From an uncultured delta proteobacterium (lineage in GTDB: Bacteria > Desulfobacterota > Binatia > Binatales > Binataceae), in the NCBI GenBank assembly GCA_963842085.1, contig CAWJET010000001.1:672001-736000 (forward strand): DNA of 64,000 nucleotides, given 5' to 3'. Made by a program: the position numbers and the translations under genes. The notes under the pieces were generated by a model. It saw only the letters and a program-made list of their open reading frames with translations, was not told where the DNA came from and did not search any database. Of the stretch, positions 17,709 through 30,493 are shown in pieces; the first letter of the stretch is position 1, and the number at the start of each line of letters is the position of its first letter.

Positions 17709-17886
17709 TGAACCTCTTGAGTTACTCCTGTCGCTGGGCGATCCGTTCACGTTCGTTACGCGCCCTATGTTAAACCGGGCGTCGGGTTTTCACCTTTGTC
17801 TGGACTACTTTATCTGACTGCCTTCTTCTTCAGTCACCTGAAGTAAGGTAATCACGAAGGCCATGGCTTACGTGCCCTGGTCAGCC

Positions 17887-19227
17887 CTATCTGCTAAAGG
17901 CGGCGGCAATTTTGCGGTCTGCATTCCTCGCCTGTTCTGCGCCTGACTCCAGCGCCGAAAGGCGCCTCTCGAACGACGCACGCTGCGCCCGCTCCCGGTC
18001 GTGGTCCGTCTTCAGTTCGGTGATCTCCCGGCGGGCGGAGGTCATTTGGTCGCTGACCTTTTTGAGTCGCTGCGCCAATCGCGCGTTCTCAATAGTCTGT
18101 TTCTGCAGCTCATTCAGGAGCATTGCGCTAAGCATAGAATAGCGGACCGTCTCGACCTTGCCGTCCGCTCCGTACGTCACCAACTCCCGATACACCCGAG
18201 CGACTTCCTCCGCGACCAAACCGTACTGTAGCGTTCCACTTTGGTCGTTCTGGTAGCGGAACGTCACCGGGCGCAGTTTCATCAGTCCCCGGCTCGCCGC
18301 CCCCATGTCTTGGATGTCGCGCTTGAAACGCGCCGAAGATACGACGACACCGAGCTGGCCTGCGCTGTTGACCACTACCTCCGTTCCCGACGTGACGTTT
18401 GTACCGCTGATGCCCGCCACGTAGGTGGCGGTCTGGCTGCCGCTCGTGCCAATCCGAATGATGTTCGAGTCGGCTGCGAAACCACTATTGCCGATATCGA
18501 TGTTGCTGCTGCCTGTGGTCAGACCTGCGCCGGCCGTCGCGCCCAGAGCGATGTTGTAGGAGCCGGTGGGTTCAAGCTTCAGGGCCAAATATCCGACGGC
18601 GGTATTGAAGCTACCTGTGGTGTTGCTCTGGAGGGCGTCCATTCCAGAGGCAGTATTGGAGGCGCCGGTGGTGTTCTTCTGGAGGGTATTCATTCCGCTT
18701 GCCGTGTTAGCGGAGCCAGTCGTGTCGGCGAAGAGGGCATCCGCTCCGCTCGCCGTGTTGTAGAGGCCGCTCGTGTTCTTGAAAAGCGCCTCCTTTCCCG
18801 TCGCGGTATTGTAGCTGCCGGTGCTATTGCTGTTGAGACTTTGCCATCCGGTGGCGGTATTTTGAATCCCCGTGGTATTGGCATATAAGGCGCCCGCTCC
18901 GGTTGCGGTATTGTCGTAGCCCTGGGTGTTACTGTACAGGGCGTACCCTCCAGAAGCGGTATTGGAGCTGCCCGTCGTGTTGGCCTGCAGGGTGTTTGCC
19001 CCGATCGCCGTATTGACACTGCCGGTGCTGTTGGCGTTGAGGGCGTAGGCTCCGAGCCGGGTATCATCTGCGCGAGTCCTATCGGCCGCCTGCGCTCCGG
19101 TCCCGAGCTCGGTGGGGGATTGGGCGGCTGCGGTGCCCGCACCAAAGACCGCAATGACCAATAGCGCCGCGACAGAAAGACCAGTACTCCTTGCGCGGGC
19201 TTCGACTAAATGTCTCGTAAGCATCAT
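17887..19227 (-). CDS. Secreted repeat fibre protein with C-terminal intramolecular chaperone (peptidase S74-like) domain
   Basis: Signal peptide; about 12 tandem 14-aa NTAxGxxALxxNTT-type repeats; SSARFKRDI...LRPVTFRY...GLVAEEV; coiled-coil tail. Confidence 0.82.
   Translation of the reverse strand: MMLTRHLVEARARSTGLSVAALLVIAVFGAGTAAAQSPTELGTGAQAADRTRADDTRLGAYALNANSTGSVNTAIGANTLQANTTGSSNTASGGYALYSNTQGYDNTATGAGALYANTTGIQNTATGWQSLNSNSTGSYNTATGKEALFKNTSGLYNTASGADALFADTTGSANTASGMNTLQKNTTGASNTASGMDALQSNTTGSFNTAVGYLALKLEPTGSYNIALGATAGAGLTTGSSNIDIGNSGFAADSNIIRIGTSGSQTATYVAGISGTNVTSGTEVVVNSAGQLGVVVSSARFKRDIQDMGAASRGLMKLRPVTFRYQNDQSGTLQYGLVAEEVARVYRELVTYGADGKVETVRYSMLSAMLLNELQKQTIENARLAQRLKKVSDQMTSARREITELKTDHDRERAQRASFERRLSALESGAEQARNADRKIAAAFSR
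18560..19060 (-). repeat. Degenerate 42-bp coding tandem repeat within the fibre gene
   Basis: Recurring NTA(T/S)G units every 14 codons; boundaries approximate. Confidence 0.75.
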
Positions 19228-19798
19228 CGCTGACCCTCCAGCTTCATGAGCGCATTTTTACTGGAATTTCCGTGTCGACACCTCGGATAAGAATGCCTAT
19301 AGGCAACTCCGCACCTGTAGCGCGGTCGGGTTTTCCCTTGGTCTCGACTGAAACTGGTTTATGAAAGCCGGCCAGTTCGATCGTTTCGACCGCGCCGGAA
19401 GCCTGATCCGGACACAATAATCTACCAAAAAGCGGCCCTAGTTGAGAATCCGCAATCGCGCGATGCTCAGGGTTTTGTTCGGCGGTGGCGCCGCCGGATT
19501 GTCGGGCTCTTGACTGGCGGTTCATCTACGCCGTTCTCGCGCCCAAGTACGGCTGGATATGGAAGCAAAGTGAGCCCCCTCCGGCGCTTGGTCGATGCGC
19601 AACGTGATGGGTCGGAGGTTCACTTTGGGCGAGCGGAATGCTAGTCTTCTCGGTGTCACAATCCACCGCAGGTCATCTCCGCGTCATCGAAACCTCTAAT
19701 GGTACACGCGTGGATCAAGTTTTGAGAAGCCCCCCGGTTGAGATACCGGCCGTCGGAATTACGCTGTATACACACCGAGCTTCGAAACGGAATACCGC

Positions 19799-20779
19799 TT
19801 GACGACCACCGATCCGAGGATGCGCTTTTTCATTTTTGCGCTACGCACCGCAACCGAGGCCGCGGCTCAGGCGGCCTTCGAATGGATCGGACGCGGCGAC
19901 AAGGAGATGGGGGATAAAGCCGCGGTCACCGCGCTGCGCCGAGTGCTCAACCAGCTTCCGATCGACGGCACGATCGTGATCGGAGAAGGCGAGAAGGATG
20001 AGGCGCCTCAGCTCTACAACGGCGAGCGAGTCGGCAATCCCGACGCACCCGAGAAACTCGACATCGCCGTCGATCCGGTCGAGGGAACGAGCTACCTGGC
20101 GATGGGTCTTAGCAACGCCATGGTGGTGATCGCGATGGCGCCGCGCGGTACAATGTTCAGCCCCGGACCCGCATTTTACATGGAAAAGTTCGCAGCACCG
20201 CCTGCCGCCAAGGGGCAAATCGACATGGCCTGGCCGGTCGAGCGCAAGCTCAAAAAGCTCGCCGAGATCCTCGGCAAGCCCGTTTCGAAGCTGACCGTCT
20301 TCGTCCTGGAAAAGCCGCGGCACCGCCGGCTAGTCGAGGAGATCTATGCGGCCGGTGCCCGCGTGATGCAGTATCCGGCCGGTGATGTGGCTGGCGCATT
20401 GATGGCCGCGATTCCGGATTCAGCGGTGGACGCGCTGATGGGCACCGGCGGAACGCCCGAGGGAATCCTGACGGCCTGCGCGATCCGCGCGCTCGGAGCC
20501 GAGTTCATGGGACGGCTCGACCCGCAGCTTGCAACCGAAGCTGCGGTTGTGAAGCAGGCGGGGATGGACACCCAACGGTGGTATCGTGTGGAGGAACTGG
20601 TGCGTTCGCCCGAGACGCTGTTCTGCGCGACCGGGATCACGTCGGGACTGCTGCTTGATGGCATCGAGCGCGCCGAGACATATGATCGCTTACAGACCCT
20701 GATGATCTCCGGCATTACAGGAGAGCGCCAGATTCTGACGAGCTACCTGCCGACCGCGGCATCATTGAAGACCGCTTAG
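19799..20779 (+). CDS. glpX: Class II fructose-1,6-/sedoheptulose-1,7-bisphosphatase GlpX
   Basis: GEGEKDEAP, DPVEGT, YMEK, GGTPEG, ATGITSG. Confidence 0.95.
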   Translation: MTTTDPRMRFFIFALRTATEAAAQAAFEWIGRGDKEMGDKAAVTALRRVLNQLPIDGTIVIGEGEKDEAPQLYNGERVGNPDAPEKLDIAVDPVEGTSYLAMGLSNAMVVIAMAPRGTMFSPGPAFYMEKFAAPPAAKGQIDMAWPVERKLKKLAEILGKPVSKLTVFVLEKPRHRRLVEEIYAAGARVMQYPAGDVAGALMAAIPDSAVDALMGTGGTPEGILTACAIRALGAEFMGRLDPQLATEAAVVKQAGMDTQRWYRVEELVRSPETLFCATGITSGLLLDGIERAETYDRLQTLMISGITGERQILTSYLPTAASLKTA

Positions 20780-20794
20780 GAGGAGAAAATTGTA

Positions 20795-21730
20795 ATGCCT
20801 GAAAAGCGCGTCCCGCACCCCATCATGCTCGGTGTGGTCGGCGACTCAGCAGCGGGAAAGACCACTCTCTCCGAAGGTATTGCCTCGATTCTCCGCTCCG
20901 ACCGGGTCGTCGTAATGTGCGCTGACGACTACCACAGGTATTCGCGCGAGGAGCGCCGGATAAATGGCATCTCCGCGCTCGATCCCAAGGGAAACTACAT
21001 CGATATCCTGGAAGAGCACCTGCAGTTGCTGCGCCTGGGGCGTCCGATCCTGAAACCGGTCTACAACCATTCCGACGGGACGCTGGGTGCGCCGGAGTAC
21101 GTCGAACCGAAGCCCTACATCATCATCGAAGGGTTGCTCGGGTACACGACCCGCGCCATGCGCGACTGTTACGACGTCAAAATTTACCTCGAACCCGAAG
21201 AGGAGCTCCGCATCCTATGGAAGATTCAGCGTGACACAGCAAAGCGCGGCTACGAACGCGAGCAGGTGCTCGAGGAAATTGAAAAGCGCAAGCCTTTTAC
21301 CCAGGCGTATATCCATCCGCAGCGGCTGTTCGCCGACGTGGTAGTTTGTTTCCATCGGCCGGAGCACCCCACGGAGGGCTACCAGCATCTGAGCGTGCGG
21401 CATATCCTGCGTCCGACACTGCCTCATCCGGACCTCTCACCCGTGCTCAGCGATGTTGCCAATCCGGGACTTCGGATCGAGCTTGCCCGCGACAAGGACG
21501 GCAAGCCGGTTGATATCCTCGATATCGAGGGGAACATTACCGACCTTCGGGCGGAGCGCTTGGAAAAGCTGCTCTGGGAACTGATTCCAGAAGCGAGCCA
21601 CCTACGCGACAACGTAGGCTCGTTCGTTGACAAGAATGAACAGAAATCCAAAAGCCATCCGCTGGCGCTCACGCAGCTGCTGCTCACCTATTACATGGTC
21701 AAGGCGGCGCTCGGCGTCCACGTGATTTGA
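20795..21730 (+). CDS. prk: Phosphoribulokinase
   Basis: GDSAAGKTT P-loop, DDYH, KPVYNH, WKIQRDTAKRG, YIHPQR; cbb operon context. Confidence 0.92.
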   Translation: MPEKRVPHPIMLGVVGDSAAGKTTLSEGIASILRSDRVVVMCADDYHRYSREERRINGISALDPKGNYIDILEEHLQLLRLGRPILKPVYNHSDGTLGAPEYVEPKPYIIIEGLLGYTTRAMRDCYDVKIYLEPEEELRILWKIQRDTAKRGYEREQVLEEIEKRKPFTQAYIHPQRLFADVVVCFHRPEHPTEGYQHLSVRHILRPTLPHPDLSPVLSDVANPGLRIELARDKDGKPVDILDIEGNITDLRAERLEKLLWELIPEASHLRDNVGSFVDKNEQKSKSHPLALTQLLLTYYMVKAALGVHVI

Positions 21731-21805
21731 GCAGGGCTTCGGATTTCCACCGGATCCAGGTCAGCTTGAGGGCGGCAAACCGACACCGAGGCGGAGGATA
21801 AAGCG

Positions 21806-24377
<2,572 letters not shown>

Positions 24378-24392
24378 CGGAGGAGCCGGATC

Positions 24393-24812
24393 ATGAGAAT
24401 TACACAGGGAGCGTTCTCGTTCCTTCCCGATTTCACGGAAGACGAAGTCCGCGCGCAGCTCGAGTATTGCCTGCGCAACGGATGGGCAATAAACATCGAG
24501 TACACGGACGATCCGCATCCGCGCAACAGCTACTGGGAGTTGTGGGGACAGCCGATGTTCGATCAGAAGGATGCGGCCGCCGTGCTGGCTGAACTGGATG
24601 AGTGCCGCAAGGTACACCCGAACCATTACATAAAGATTAACGCCTTCGACTCGTCCAAGGGGCGCGAGTCGATTGCGCTCTCCTTCATTGTCAACCGGCC
24701 CCGCAAGGAGCCTGGCTTCGTTCTGGTCCGGCAGGAGGGGACAGGCCGCACAGTCCGCTATACTATTCGCAGCTACGCCACCGACCGGCCCGAAGGCGAA
24801 CGATACGATTGA
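24393..24812 (+). CDS. cbbS: RuBisCO small subunit, red-type
   Basis: [19 protein letters not shown], red-type C-terminal extension. Confidence 0.97.
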   Translation: MRITQGAFSFLPDFTEDEVRAQLEYCLRNGWAINIEYTDDPHPRNSYWELWGQPMFDQKDAAAVLAELDECRKVHPNHYIKINAFDSSKGRESIALSFIVNRPRKEPGFVLVRQEGTGRTVRYTIRSYATDRPEGERYD

Positions 24813-24821
24813 TGACGGCGT

Positions 24822-25799
24822 GTGCAAGAGCAGAAGCGACAATTGACCGCCACAACTGACGACAAGTCGGCAGCCGAGGATAAGCCTGCCACCCTGACGG
24901 CGCGGCCCAACTTGGAAGCGCCGGTAAACCTGGGCGAGGCGATGCGCGACGCCCGCGTGACCGAGGTGCTGGACCGTCTCGACCGGGAATTGGTCGGCTT
25001 GAAGCCCGTCAAGGCCCGGGTCCGGGAGATCGCCGCGCTTCTGCTCGTCGAGCGTGTGCGCGCAAGCGCCGGCCTGACCTCGACTCCGCCGAGCCTGCAC
25101 ATGTCGTTTACCGGCAATCCCGGCACCGGCAAGACGACGGTTGCGATGAGAATGGCCGAGATTCTGCATCGCCTCGGCTTCGTGCGCAAAGGACACGTCG
25201 TGGCGGTGACGCGCGATGATCTCGTCGGCCAGTACATCGGGCATACCGCGCCCAAGACCAAGGAAGTGCTCAAGCGCGCCATGGGCGGAGTGCTGTTCAT
25301 CGACGAGGCGTACTATCTCTACCGGGCCGAGAACGAGCGCGACTACGGCCAGGAAGCGATAGGAATCCTGATGCAGGTGATGGAGAATCAGCGCGAGGAT
25401 TTGGTGGTCATCCTGGCGGGTTACCGGGATCGCATGGATGCTTTCTTTCGCAGCAACCCCGGCCTCTCGTCACGCATCGCGCACCACATCGACTTTCCCG
25501 ATTACACGGCCGACGAACTAATGGAGATTGCGCAAATAATGCTGGCCGAGCAGAACTACCGGTTCAGCGAGGCGGGCGAGGCGGCATTTCGCCAGTATAT
25601 CACCAAGCGCATGACCCAGCCGCAATTTGCCAACGCGCGCAGCGTCCGCAACGCGCTCGACCGCGCTCGGCTGCGGCAGGCCACGAGGCTGCTTTCGCTT
25701 CCGGACAGCAAGCTGACGCTCAAGGATCTCATGACCATCGAAGCCGAGGAAATCCTGGCAAGCCGGGTCATGGCCGTGCCTGACACACCCATCACCTGA
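24822..25799 (+). CDS. cbbX: CbbX AAA+ RuBisCO activase
   Basis: [39 protein letters not shown]. Confidence 0.96.
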   Translation: MQEQKRQLTATTDDKSAAEDKPATLTARPNLEAPVNLGEAMRDARVTEVLDRLDRELVGLKPVKARVREIAALLLVERVRASAGLTSTPPSLHMSFTGNPGTGKTTVAMRMAEILHRLGFVRKGHVVAVTRDDLVGQYIGHTAPKTKEVLKRAMGGVLFIDEAYYLYRAENERDYGQEAIGILMQVMENQREDLVVILAGYRDRMDAFFRSNPGLSSRIAHHIDFPDYTADELMEIAQIMLAEQNYRFSEAGEAAFRQYITKRMTQPQFANARSVRNALDRARLRQATRLLSLPDSKLTLKDLMTIEAEEILASRVMAVPDTPIT

Positions 25800-25946
25800 T
25801 CCAATCCCGAGTAGAACGCTCAGAATCGCTCCCTCGATTCTGTCCGGAGCTTCGCCCGGCTGTGCCTCCTCAAGACTTGATCCGGCAAGCGGAGAACGGA
25901 AAGGCTCAACTGTTACTGGGCCATAGTGCGGCCGGATGGCCGGCGC

Positions 25947-26846
25947 CTACGGTTCGGCGCGGAACACTCCCATCGCGCCGTTGTACTCATGCACCCGATT
26001 TAGATCCATGAATCGATACTCGCCCGGCTCGCTCACTTTGAACTCGAACACCGCGCCGGTGCTTGGGCCAACTGCGAAGTTGTCAGTCCCGTGAATCTGG
26101 TTGGCTGGATTTCCGCCGAAATAGACACTGCTGAATATGGCGCCGGCAACGTGAAACGTGGAGGTCAGGCTCGGACCGGCATTGACGAAGAATACTCGTA
26201 CCAACCTTCCCACTTTGATCAAAATCGGGTGCTCGGCGCCAGCTTTATTCAGCTGGCCATTGAACACTACAAAGGTTGGGCGTGCCTGCAGCATCGCGGT
26301 GAAGTCGGGAATAATCCGTCCGTTAGCGCGAGGTGTGCCGTAAAACTCACTCTGAACGAGGGTCATTTCCTGCGCCGGGCCCGATGGCCATCCATCTTTA
26401 GGATCCACGATAACAGCTCCATACATTCCGCGGCCGATGTGATCCAAAATAGGAATTCCGTTGCAGTGGTAGACAAAGACACCCGGCACGTCCGCACGAA
26501 ACTTATACCGCAGCGGAGCTTTGGTATTACCGCCGAAGTGCTCCGAAGAAATTTGAGCCGCAGGGATATTAAGGCCATGCGCGTCCCCCGTTTGGTTGAG
26601 TAATTCGACGTTGACCTCGTCGCCCTCGCGAAGCCTCAGTTCCGGTCCCGGAATGATACCGTCGAAGGTCCAGGCGTCGTAGGTCATTCCGTCTCCGATA
26701 TCGATACCTTTCTTTTCGACCGTCACGGTGAAGGTCTTGGTCGGTGCCTGAGCCCAAGCCGGCCCCCACACCATGGCAAAGACCATCGCGATCGCACCCA
26801 AGATCACGTTTCTTATGTCGCGGCCGGCGACCGAGTCTGCGTCCAT
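25947..26846 (-). CDS. Two-domain NirK-like cupredoxin/multicopper protein with degenerate type-2 Cu site
   Basis: WTFDGIIPGP, YHC...H...GMYG, VFNG, NAGP, FHVAG; signal peptide; two T2Cu histidines absent. Confidence 0.85.
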   Translation of the reverse strand: MDADSVAGRDIRNVILGAIAMVFAMVWGPAWAQAPTKTFTVTVEKKGIDIGDGMTYDAWTFDGIIPGPELRLREGDEVNVELLNQTGDAHGLNIPAAQISSEHFGGNTKAPLRYKFRADVPGVFVYHCNGIPILDHIGRGMYGAVIVDPKDGWPSGPAQEMTLVQSEFYGTPRANGRIIPDFTAMLQARPTFVVFNGQLNKAGAEHPILIKVGRLVRVFFVNAGPSLTSTFHVAGAIFSSVYFGGNPANQIHGTDNFAVGPSTGAVFEFKVSEPGEYRFMDLNRVHEYNGAMGVFRAEP

Positions 26847-26875
26847 ACCTTTGCTTCCCTTGCGAATCGCTGTGC

Positions 26876-27874
26876 TCACTTCGTCTTGCAGAAGTGCCTG
26901 ACGTATGCGCGCAGGCTGCGGATCTGGTCGTCGGTCAGCGCTTCTCCCCATGACGGCATGTCATTGCTGCGGCCGACCGAAGCACTGCCGCCCTTGATCT
27001 CATGGAACACGAAGTCGTCCGAGTCCCTCGCCATAATCTTGCAGTCGTGGAAGTTGCGCGGGTGGGTGGCAAGTGACAAGCCGTCAGGCCCGTCACCAAA
27101 ACCCTGCGGGCCATGACATCGCGAGCAGGTCTCTACAAACATCTCCTCGGTGGGGATGGTCTCTTCTGCGGCTGCACCTGGTGCGCTCTCGACCGCCCCG
27201 GCGGTGGGCTTGGGCAAGTTCTGGTTACTCCATTGCTGATAGTCCGCAGGCGTCAGAACTTTCAGGATACCTTTCATCGCGAAGTGCGAGATTCCGCAAA
27301 GCTGGGAGCACCCGATTTCATAGGTGCCCGGACGCGTTACCTCGAACCACGTGGGAATCTCCCGGCCGGGGAGGACGTCCTGTCTAAGGCGCAACTGCGG
27401 CACGTAAAAACTGTGGATCACGTCCTTCGACGTCATGAGCAAGCGGACTACCTGACCCGCGGGAACGATCAAAGTCGTAGTTTGGACCAGGTTGTGCGGG
27501 CCGAACTTGCCGTCGGGACCCGGATAAATGAACTCCCATCCGAACTGGAACGCCTCCAACTTTACCGTTAGCCCCGGAGCCGGACTTTGCTCCTTGACCA
27601 GATCCCAGACCGGCTTTGCCCGAACGTCGATCACGACGTCAAGGAAGGCGACAACGACGACCGGGACCAGCACCCATGCCAACTCGCGCAGTGACTTGCC
27701 GGGCACAAAGGCCGCTCGTCCACCCGCTCGACGACGGTACAAGATGAGGAACGCCAGAAGCGTACCCTCGGCCAGGATGAACGCCGTACCGACGATGTAG
27801 ATGACCAGCTTGATTACCGAGTCGATGCTCGGCCCGAACGTCGAAACGTCCGGTGGGAGCCACCCAAGGATCAT
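26876..27874 (-). CDS. coxB: Cytochrome c oxidase subunit II fused to a C-terminal cytochrome c (second copy)
   Basis: Two TM helices, DVIHSF, CSQLCGISHFAM CuA motif, CSRCH heme with distal DMP methionine. Confidence 0.92.
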   Translation of the reverse strand: MILGWLPPDVSTFGPSIDSVIKLVIYIVGTAFILAEGTLLAFLILYRRRAGGRAAFVPGKSLRELAWVLVPVVVVAFLDVVIDVRAKPVWDLVKEQSPAPGLTVKLEAFQFGWEFIYPGPDGKFGPHNLVQTTTLIVPAGQVVRLLMTSKDVIHSFYVPQLRLRQDVLPGREIPTWFEVTRPGTYEIGCSQLCGISHFAMKGILKVLTPADYQQWSNQNLPKPTAGAVESAPGAAAEETIPTEEMFVETCSRCHGPQGFGDGPDGLSLATHPRNFHDCKIMARDSDDFVFHEIKGGSASVGRSNDMPSWGEALTDDQIRSLRAYVRHFCKTK

Positions 27875-27978
27875 TTGAGCTCACCCCCGTCCAGCGTCAC
27901 ATGAAAGTCGGGGGAGCGGTGTTACAGTCGCTCCATACCCCGGACATTGAGCCCAGACCTCACTCTTAGCCCGAGCGC

Positions 27979-28683
27979 TTAGCCCTTCGGCTTCATTGAG
28001 AAATTGGCGGTCGCCGTCGCGCCGTCTTTCACGTCAACTTTCTGATTCTCCGTGCCAAGCTTCTCCTGCCACACTTCCACCGTATAGTCACCCGGCGGCA
28101 CATCCTTGATCTCGTAGTTGCCCTTGTCGTCGGTCACCGCGAAGTACGGGGTGTCGGTCGCGACCCACCACCCGCGCATCCAGCTATGCGCATCGCAGGT
28201 GACCTTGATCACTTCGGGCTGATCGATCTTATGCTTGATCTCTTTCTTGAACTTGGGCTGAGCCGTGTTGAACGACGGATTCGCGGTCGAATAGGTGTGG
28301 ATGTTGTGCAGAATCCCGTCTGAGTTGATGATGTCCACGGTGCTGCCGGCCGGGAACGCGAGCACGTGTGGCACGTAGTCGCATCCCTTCTGGTCGAACT
28401 TCACTTCGGCGGGCTTCAGCTCGCCCTTGGCGCCTTTCACGACCACCACTGCGTTCGCGATTCCGCCGCTGGGATCAACGATCAAATCCTCGGTGAAGTG
28501 CGGATGGAGACCGCAGACGTCCTTATCCTTGGTCACCTCGACCGGCTTGCGTGCGGGCGGCGTGCCGTCGTACTTGACGATTCCGCTGATCGTGCCGCCG
28601 GCGGCGCTCACGAGGCTGGCGCTAACGCTGAGGCTGAGCGCGATTCCCGCACACGCCGCCAGTACAAGTGGAAGCTTTTTCAT
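27979..28683 (-). CDS. Exported cupredoxin-like / carboxypeptidase-regulatory-like domain protein
   Basis: Signal peptide; DQKGC.Y.PHV, HNIH, CDAHSWM (His/Cys/His/Met T1Cu-like set). Confidence 0.8.
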   Translation of the reverse strand: MKKLPLVLAACAGIALSLSVSASLVSAAGGTISGIVKYDGTPPARKPVEVTKDKDVCGLHPHFTEDLIVDPSGGIANAVVVVKGAKGELKPAEVKFDQKGCDYVPHVLAFPAGSTVDIINSDGILHNIHTYSTANPSFNTAQPKFKKEIKHKIDQPEVIKVTCDAHSWMRGWWVATDTPYFAVTDDKGNYEIKDVPPGDYTVEVWQEKLGTENQKVDVKDGATATANFSMKPKG

Positions 28684-28724
28684 TAGCACTCCTCCTGCGA
28701 AATCATTCGTATTTCTCACGTCGC

Positions 28725-29423
28725 CTAGATCTTCGGATCGGTGTGCGCGAGCAGCTCGCGCATCTCGCGCATAATCCTGCCATAGTCGGGCTTGCCGAAG
28801 ATTCCCGAGCCTGAGACGAACACGTTGGCGCCGGCAGCCTTGACGTCCGCGATATTGTCGAGCTTCACGCCGCCGTCGATCTCGACGTCGAGACTGAGTC
28901 CGCGCCGCTTCAACTCGCGCCGGACGTAGCGCAACTTGTCCAGCGCGGCCGGGATAAACTCCTGGCCGCCGAATCCCGGGTGCACGCTCATCACAAGGAT
29001 CATGTCGAGATGCTCGGCAAAGGGCAGCACGCGGCCGGCGTCGGTCTCGGGATTGATTCCCACTGACGCGCGTGCGCCGAGGTCATGGATTCGCTTGGCC
29101 ATCGCGGGAATGTCGGGGCAGACCTCGCAATGCACCGAAATTGAATTGGCGCCCGCCTTCACAAAGGCTTCGACGTAGCGCGCCGGCTCGGAGATCATCA
29201 GGTGCGCGTCGAGCGGAAGTTTCGTAATCTTGCGGACCGCTCCCAGCACCGGAATTCCAATCGAGAGGTTGGGCACGAAGTGCCCGTCCATCACGTCGAA
29301 ATGAATCAAGTCAGCGCCCGCCTGCTCGACCGCGCGAATTTCCTCGCCCAGCCGCGCGAAGTCAGCGGACAGTATCGACGGCGCGAGTCTGTCAACAGGA
29401 TCCGCGTTGGAGGACTTGTTCAT
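28725..29423 (-). CDS. rpe: Ribulose-phosphate 3-epimerase
   Basis: APSILSADF, HFDVMDGHFVPN, DAHLMI, MSVHPGFGGQ, EIDGG. Confidence 0.97.
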   Translation of the reverse strand: MNKSSNADPVDRLAPSILSADFARLGEEIRAVEQAGADLIHFDVMDGHFVPNLSIGIPVLGAVRKITKLPLDAHLMISEPARYVEAFVKAGANSISVHCEVCPDIPAMAKRIHDLGARASVGINPETDAGRVLPFAEHLDMILVMSVHPGFGGQEFIPAALDKLRYVRRELKRRGLSLDVEIDGGVKLDNIADVKAAGANVFVSGSGIFGKPDYGRIMREMRELLAHTDPKI

Positions 29424-29493
29424 CGGCTTTTGATCGCGTCAGGCTACTCTTTCGCTGCCTGACTGCTTCAACTGCGGCTACCAGGCGCGCGGA

Positions 29494-30489
29494 TCAGACC
29501 TTGTCGAGCACCATCGCCAGCAGCACCACCGGCAGGTACGCAAGCGAAACCTTCATGACTCGCTGCGCCGCGGCGGCACTGGTGGAACCTCCCAGCACGA
29601 GTTGCAGGCAACGAAATAGCAACACCGCTCCAAGTACAACGGCGACCGGCACGTAAAGGAGTCCGGCAAACCTCATCAGGGCCGGCATCAGACCAACCAG
29701 GAGCAACGCCAAGGCCGCCGCTACAGTCAGTAAATTGGCGGGGTCGCCATAGCGGCCCCGCTCCGGCAGCATGTGGATACCTGCGCGCGCATAGTCGCGT
29801 CGATAGAGGCGCGCGATCGAGAGCGAATGCGGCAACTGCCACAGGAACATGATGGCGAAAAGTATCAGCGGCTCGCCGCCCAGGCCGTTGCGCGCCGCCG
29901 CCCAGCCGATCACCGGCGGCAGAGCGCCGGGAACCGCGCCAATGACGTGGCAGAGCCAGGTGACTCGCTTCATCGGGGTGTATGCACCCAGATAAAGCGC
30001 CGCGATGGCGCCGGTAACCATTGCGCTCAGCGGATTGACTTTCAACCAAAGATATAAAATCCCGGCGAGCGCGGTAACCACGCCGAACATCAGCGCGTCG
30101 ATCGGCCGCAACCGGCCTGAAGGCAGCGGCCGATGGCGCGTCCGCTCCATCCGGGCGTCCGTGTCGCGCTCGGCGTATTCGTTCAGCGCCAGCGTTCCGC
30201 CGGCCGCCAATGCGGTGCCGATCACCAGGTTAAGCGCCAGCACGAACCCGAACTGCTCGCCGCTTCCCATGTAGAAGCCCGCGAGCGTGGTGATAAGCAC
30301 CATCGTGAGCACGCGCGGCTTGGCCAATTCGAAATAGGCGGCTGCGTACTCGCTCACCGACGGCGCGGCACACAGTGCCACCTCTTCCACCGTCGCGGCT
30401 TTCAGGTTCAGGCGCTGAGAGGGCGTTATAGTTCCCGCCCCCTCAGTGAGCGATGCCAATCGTTCCGACGCTGGAAGGTTCTGGAACAC
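29494..30489 (-). CDS. cyoE: Protoheme IX farnesyltransferase (heme o synthase)
   Basis: LAKPR, ERDTDARMERTRHRPLPSG, YTPMKR, GALPPVIGW, DYARAG; start uncertain. Confidence 0.94.
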   Translation of the reverse strand: MFQNLPASERLASLTEGAGTITPSQRLNLKAATVEEVALCAAPSVSEYAAAYFELAKPRVLTMVLITTLAGFYMGSGEQFGFVLALNLVIGTALAAGGTLALNEYAERDTDARMERTRHRPLPSGRLRPIDALMFGVVTALAGILYLWLKVNPLSAMVTGAIAALYLGAYTPMKRVTWLCHVIGAVPGALPPVIGWAAARNGLGGEPLILFAIMFLWQLPHSLSIARLYRRDYARAGIHMLPERGRYGDPANLLTVAAALALLLVGLMPALMRFAGLLYVPVAVVLGAVLLFRCLQLVLGGSTSAAAAQRVMKVSLAYLPVVLLAMVLDKV

Positions 30490-30493
30490 GCCG

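Noticed and set aside
17887-19227. Prophage tail fibre or CRISPR-like repeat array
   Set aside because: Has a signal peptide, no phage neighbours, and the repeats are degenerate coding repeats without spacers
19244-19525. 93-aa ORF upstream of the fibre gene
   Set aside because: No motif or convincing RBS; likely spurious
25947-26846. Functional nitrite reductase nirK
   Set aside because: Two type-2 Cu histidines and the catalytic Asp are missing
27905-27945. GC hairpin between the cupredoxin-like gene and the second coxB as a terminator
   Set aside because: Imperfect stem with no U-tract on the coding strand; cannot be supported
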